The translations under genes and the position numbers were made by a program. From positions 630,001-662,000 of the forward strand of contig NC_006624.1 in assembly GCF_000009965.1 (NCBI RefSeq): 32,000 nucleotides of DNA, given 5' to 3'. The stretch comes from Thermococcus kodakarensis KOD1 (GTDB lineage Archaea > Methanobacteriota_B > Thermococci > Thermococcales > Thermococcaceae). Shown here piece after piece: positions 30,253 to 32,000 of the stretch (positions are counted from its first letter, which is position 1; the number at the start of each line of letters is the position of its first letter). The notes below the pieces were generated by a model, which was not told the DNA's origin, searched no databases, and saw nothing but the letters and a program-made list of their open reading frames with translations.

Positions 30253-32000
30253 ATGAGCGGGATAAGGTGGGCCGAGAGGGAGTACACGGACGAGGAGATT
30301 TATTCCATCCTTAGCGAGCCGGTTAGGGAGTGGTTTAAGCGGAAGTTTGGAACATTCACCCCGCCCCAGCGCTACGCCGTCCTTGAAATCCATAAAGGTG
30401 AGAACGTTCTCATTTCATCCCCAACGGGTTCTGGAAAGACTCTCTCGGCATTTCTCTCCGCAATAAACGAGCTGATTCTCCTTGGAAAGGAAAGCAAGCT
30501 TGAGGATAAGATCTACGTCCTCTACGTCTCACCCCTCCGCGCCCTGAACAATGATATCAAGAGGAACCTGGAGGGTCCGCTGGCGGAGATAAAGGAAGTG
30601 GCCAAAGAGCTCGGCTATGAACTGCCTGAGATAAGGGTAGGGATAAGGACGAGCGACACATCGAGCTATGAGAAGAGCAAGATGGTAAAAAAGCCACCTC
30701 ACATTCTAATAACAACCCCAGAAAGTCTCGCCATTGCCTTAAACGCTCCCAAATTCAGCGAGAGGCTGAAGACGGTTAAGTACGTCATCATTGACGAGGT
30801 TCACGCGCTGGCCGAGAACAAGAGGGGTTCTCACCTCGCGCTGAGCATTGAAAGGCTCCAGGAGATGGCCGAGAACGAGTTTGTGAGAATCGGCTTGAGC
30901 GCAACTATTCACCCGCTTGAGGAAGTCGCCAAGTTCGTTTTCGGCTTCAACGACGATGGAACTCCAAGGCCGGGCCTCATAGTGGATGTATCCTTCGCCA
31001 AGCAGACTGAGATAAAAGTTGAAAGTGTTGTGGAAGACCTCATTTACACCGATGCCGGAACGCTCAGCGACGCCCTCTACAACCGCTTGGCGGAACTCAT
31101 AAGGGAGCACAGGACGACGCTCATCTTCACCAACACGAGGAGCGGCGCCGAGAGGGTGGCCTTCAACCTTAAGAAGCGCTTTCCCGAGTTTGAGGGTCTG
31201 ATAGAGGCCCATCACTCTTCCCTGTCGAGAGAGGTTCGCCTGGATGTTGAGGAGAAGCTGAAGAGGGGAGAGCTGAAGGCTGTTGTATGCGTCTCCGGGG
31301 ATTCAAAAATCCTGACTGGGAAGGGGCCCGTCGAAATAGGGCGTTTGAACTCAAACATGATTGCAGGTATTTGGAGATTCCAAACTGAGCTTGTCAGGTT
31401 CGAAGAGCCCCACAGGGTAGAATACAGGAGAGAGGGAGTCAAGATAAGAACGCGGTTGGGATTCGAGATAAAGGCGACAAAGGAGCACAAGTTCCTAACC
31501 GTTGATGAAAATGGAGAGCTGAGATGGGTTGAGGCTTGGAAACTCAAGGAAGGGAACTGGGTTGGGGTCGTGAGGAGACTACCGAGTCCGAACGTAAAGG
31601 TCTCGATCTTGGACTTACTGCCCCCGAACGCATACCTTAAGCTCAAGGGGGAATTTTTGAGGGAGTTAAAGCTTTCAATACAGGCAAAATTCGGCTCAAT
31701 ACGGACCTATGCTAAGAAAAAGAGGTGGAGCGAATCTTACTTAGTAAAACAGCTTAACGGTGTCTATCCATTCCGGTGGGAGCGGCTGAGTGCCGTTTTA
31801 AAAGACCTTGACCTTAGAATGACAGAAAACGATGTTGAGAGGATAACTTCAGATAAAGGAAAATACTCGCTTCCCATTGAGTTCACACCAAGTATGGCAA
31901 GACTACTTGGCTTCTGGATGGCAGACGGCTCGTGGAAGGGGGGCACGCTAACTCTATTCTCGTCTGACAGGAAAATGCTTGAGAAGTACAAAGAACTGTG
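30253..32000 (+). CDS. lhr: Lhr-type (Lhr2-like) DEVH-box superfamily-2 helicase, intein-containing precursor (3' end runs off the right edge)
   Basis: Absent from the ORF track because it has no stop in the window. My own translation from ATG 30253 reads MSGIRWAEREYTDEEIYSILSEPVREWFKRKFGTFTPPQRYAVLEIHKGENVLISSPTGSGKTLSAFL... It has Walker A SPTGSGKT, the DEVH box in YVIIDEVHAL, and the SAT motif in GLSATI. The extein sequence stops after ...EEKLKRGELKAVV (31287), where the intein begins. Confidence 0.88.
   Translation, partial: MSGIRWAEREYTDEEIYSILSEPVREWFKRKFGTFTPPQRYAVLEIHKGENVLISSPTGSGKTLSAFLSAINELILLGKESKLEDKIYVLYVSPLRALNNDIKRNLEGPLAEIKEVAKELGYELPEIRVGIRTSDTSSYEKSKMVKKPPHILITTPESLAIALNAPKFSERLKTVKYVIIDEVHALAENKRGSHLALSIERLQEMAENEFVRIGLSATIHPLEEVAKFVFGFNDDGTPRPGLIVDVSFAKQTEIKVESVVEDLIYTDAGTLSDALYNRLAELIREHRTTLIFTNTRSGAERVAFNLKKRFPEFEGLIEAHHSSLSREVRLDVEEKLKRGELKAVVCVSGDSKILTGKGPVEIGRLNSNMIAGIWRFQTELVRFEEPHRVEYRREGVKIRTRLGFEIKATKEHKFLTVDENGELRWVEAWKLKEGNWVGVVRRLPSPNVKVSILDLLPPNAYLKLKGEFLRELKLSIQAKFGSIRTYAKKKRWSESYLVKQLNGVYPFRWERLSAVLKDLDLRMTENDVERITSDKGKYSLPIEFTPSMARLLGFWMADGSWKGGTLTLFSSDRKMLEKYKEL
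31288..32000 (+). mobile_element. Intein with LAGLIDADG homing-endonuclease domain, inserted in the Lhr helicase (partial; C-terminal splice junction outside the window)
   Basis: Cys1 is at 31288 with block A CVSGDSKILTGKGPVEIG. Block B is IKATKEHKFLTVDENGELRWVEAWKLKEGNWVGV (TxxH). The LAGLIDADG motif is ARLLGFWMADGSW (about 31904-31936). G+C is lower than in the extein (27/60 at 31621-31680 against 32/60 at 30841-30900, hand counts). Confidence 0.85.

Overview
This is a densely coding, two-stranded chromosomal segment that looks like a Thermococcus/Pyrococcus-type (Thermococcales) euryarchaeon. Supporting signs are GGAGGTG/GGTGA ribosome-binding motifs, TTTATA/TTTAAA TATA boxes about 25-45 nt upstream of starts, AGG/AGA-ATA-AAG codon bias, two CGP-CTERM sorting tails and an intein. 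The content is mostly housekeeping. From left to right: sufC-sufB (sufB partial), a NifX-like protein, a DUF104/PIN toxin-antitoxin pair, MBL-fold and SDR enzymes, and a biotin module (birA-ecfA-ecfT divergent from bioY, sharing one operator/TATA). Next come an S9 acylaminoacyl-type peptidase, the RNA cytidine acetyltransferase TmcA (Nat10 homologue) followed by two tandem NYN-domain paralogues, an orphan solute-binding protein, and an MTA/SAH-deaminase-type amidohydrolase. The right end holds AsnRS, tRNA-Val(UAC), archaeosine tRNA-guanine transglycosylase, a PiT phosphate transporter, a processive-type GT2 synthase, and the 5' part of an Lhr-type helicase interrupted by a LAGLIDADG intein that runs off the right edge. 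From memory, the tmcA ... asnS - tRNA - tgtA order resembles the Thermococcus kodakarensis TK0754-TK0760 neighbourhood; this needs a BLAST check. I saw no rRNA, CRISPR array, transposase or integrase. I do not see a convincing novel multi-gene system. The signals least explained by ordinary annotation are: (i) a ~740-bp AT-rich, ORF-poor, hairpin-dense spacer abutting the 3' end of tRNA-Val; (ii) a gene-decay patch at 4.8-7.1 kb (frameshifted DUF835 gene, start-less 4Fe-4S fragment, membrane ORF with unclear 5' end); (iii) the tandem NYN pair behind tmcA; (iv) low-GC ORFans flanking the peptidase, one with lipobox plus CGP-CTERM; (v) several atypical proteins (a NifX-like protein with an RGG/GM tail, an SDR with Ser/Arg in place of catalytic Tyr/Lys, a KaiC-like protein without Walker A).
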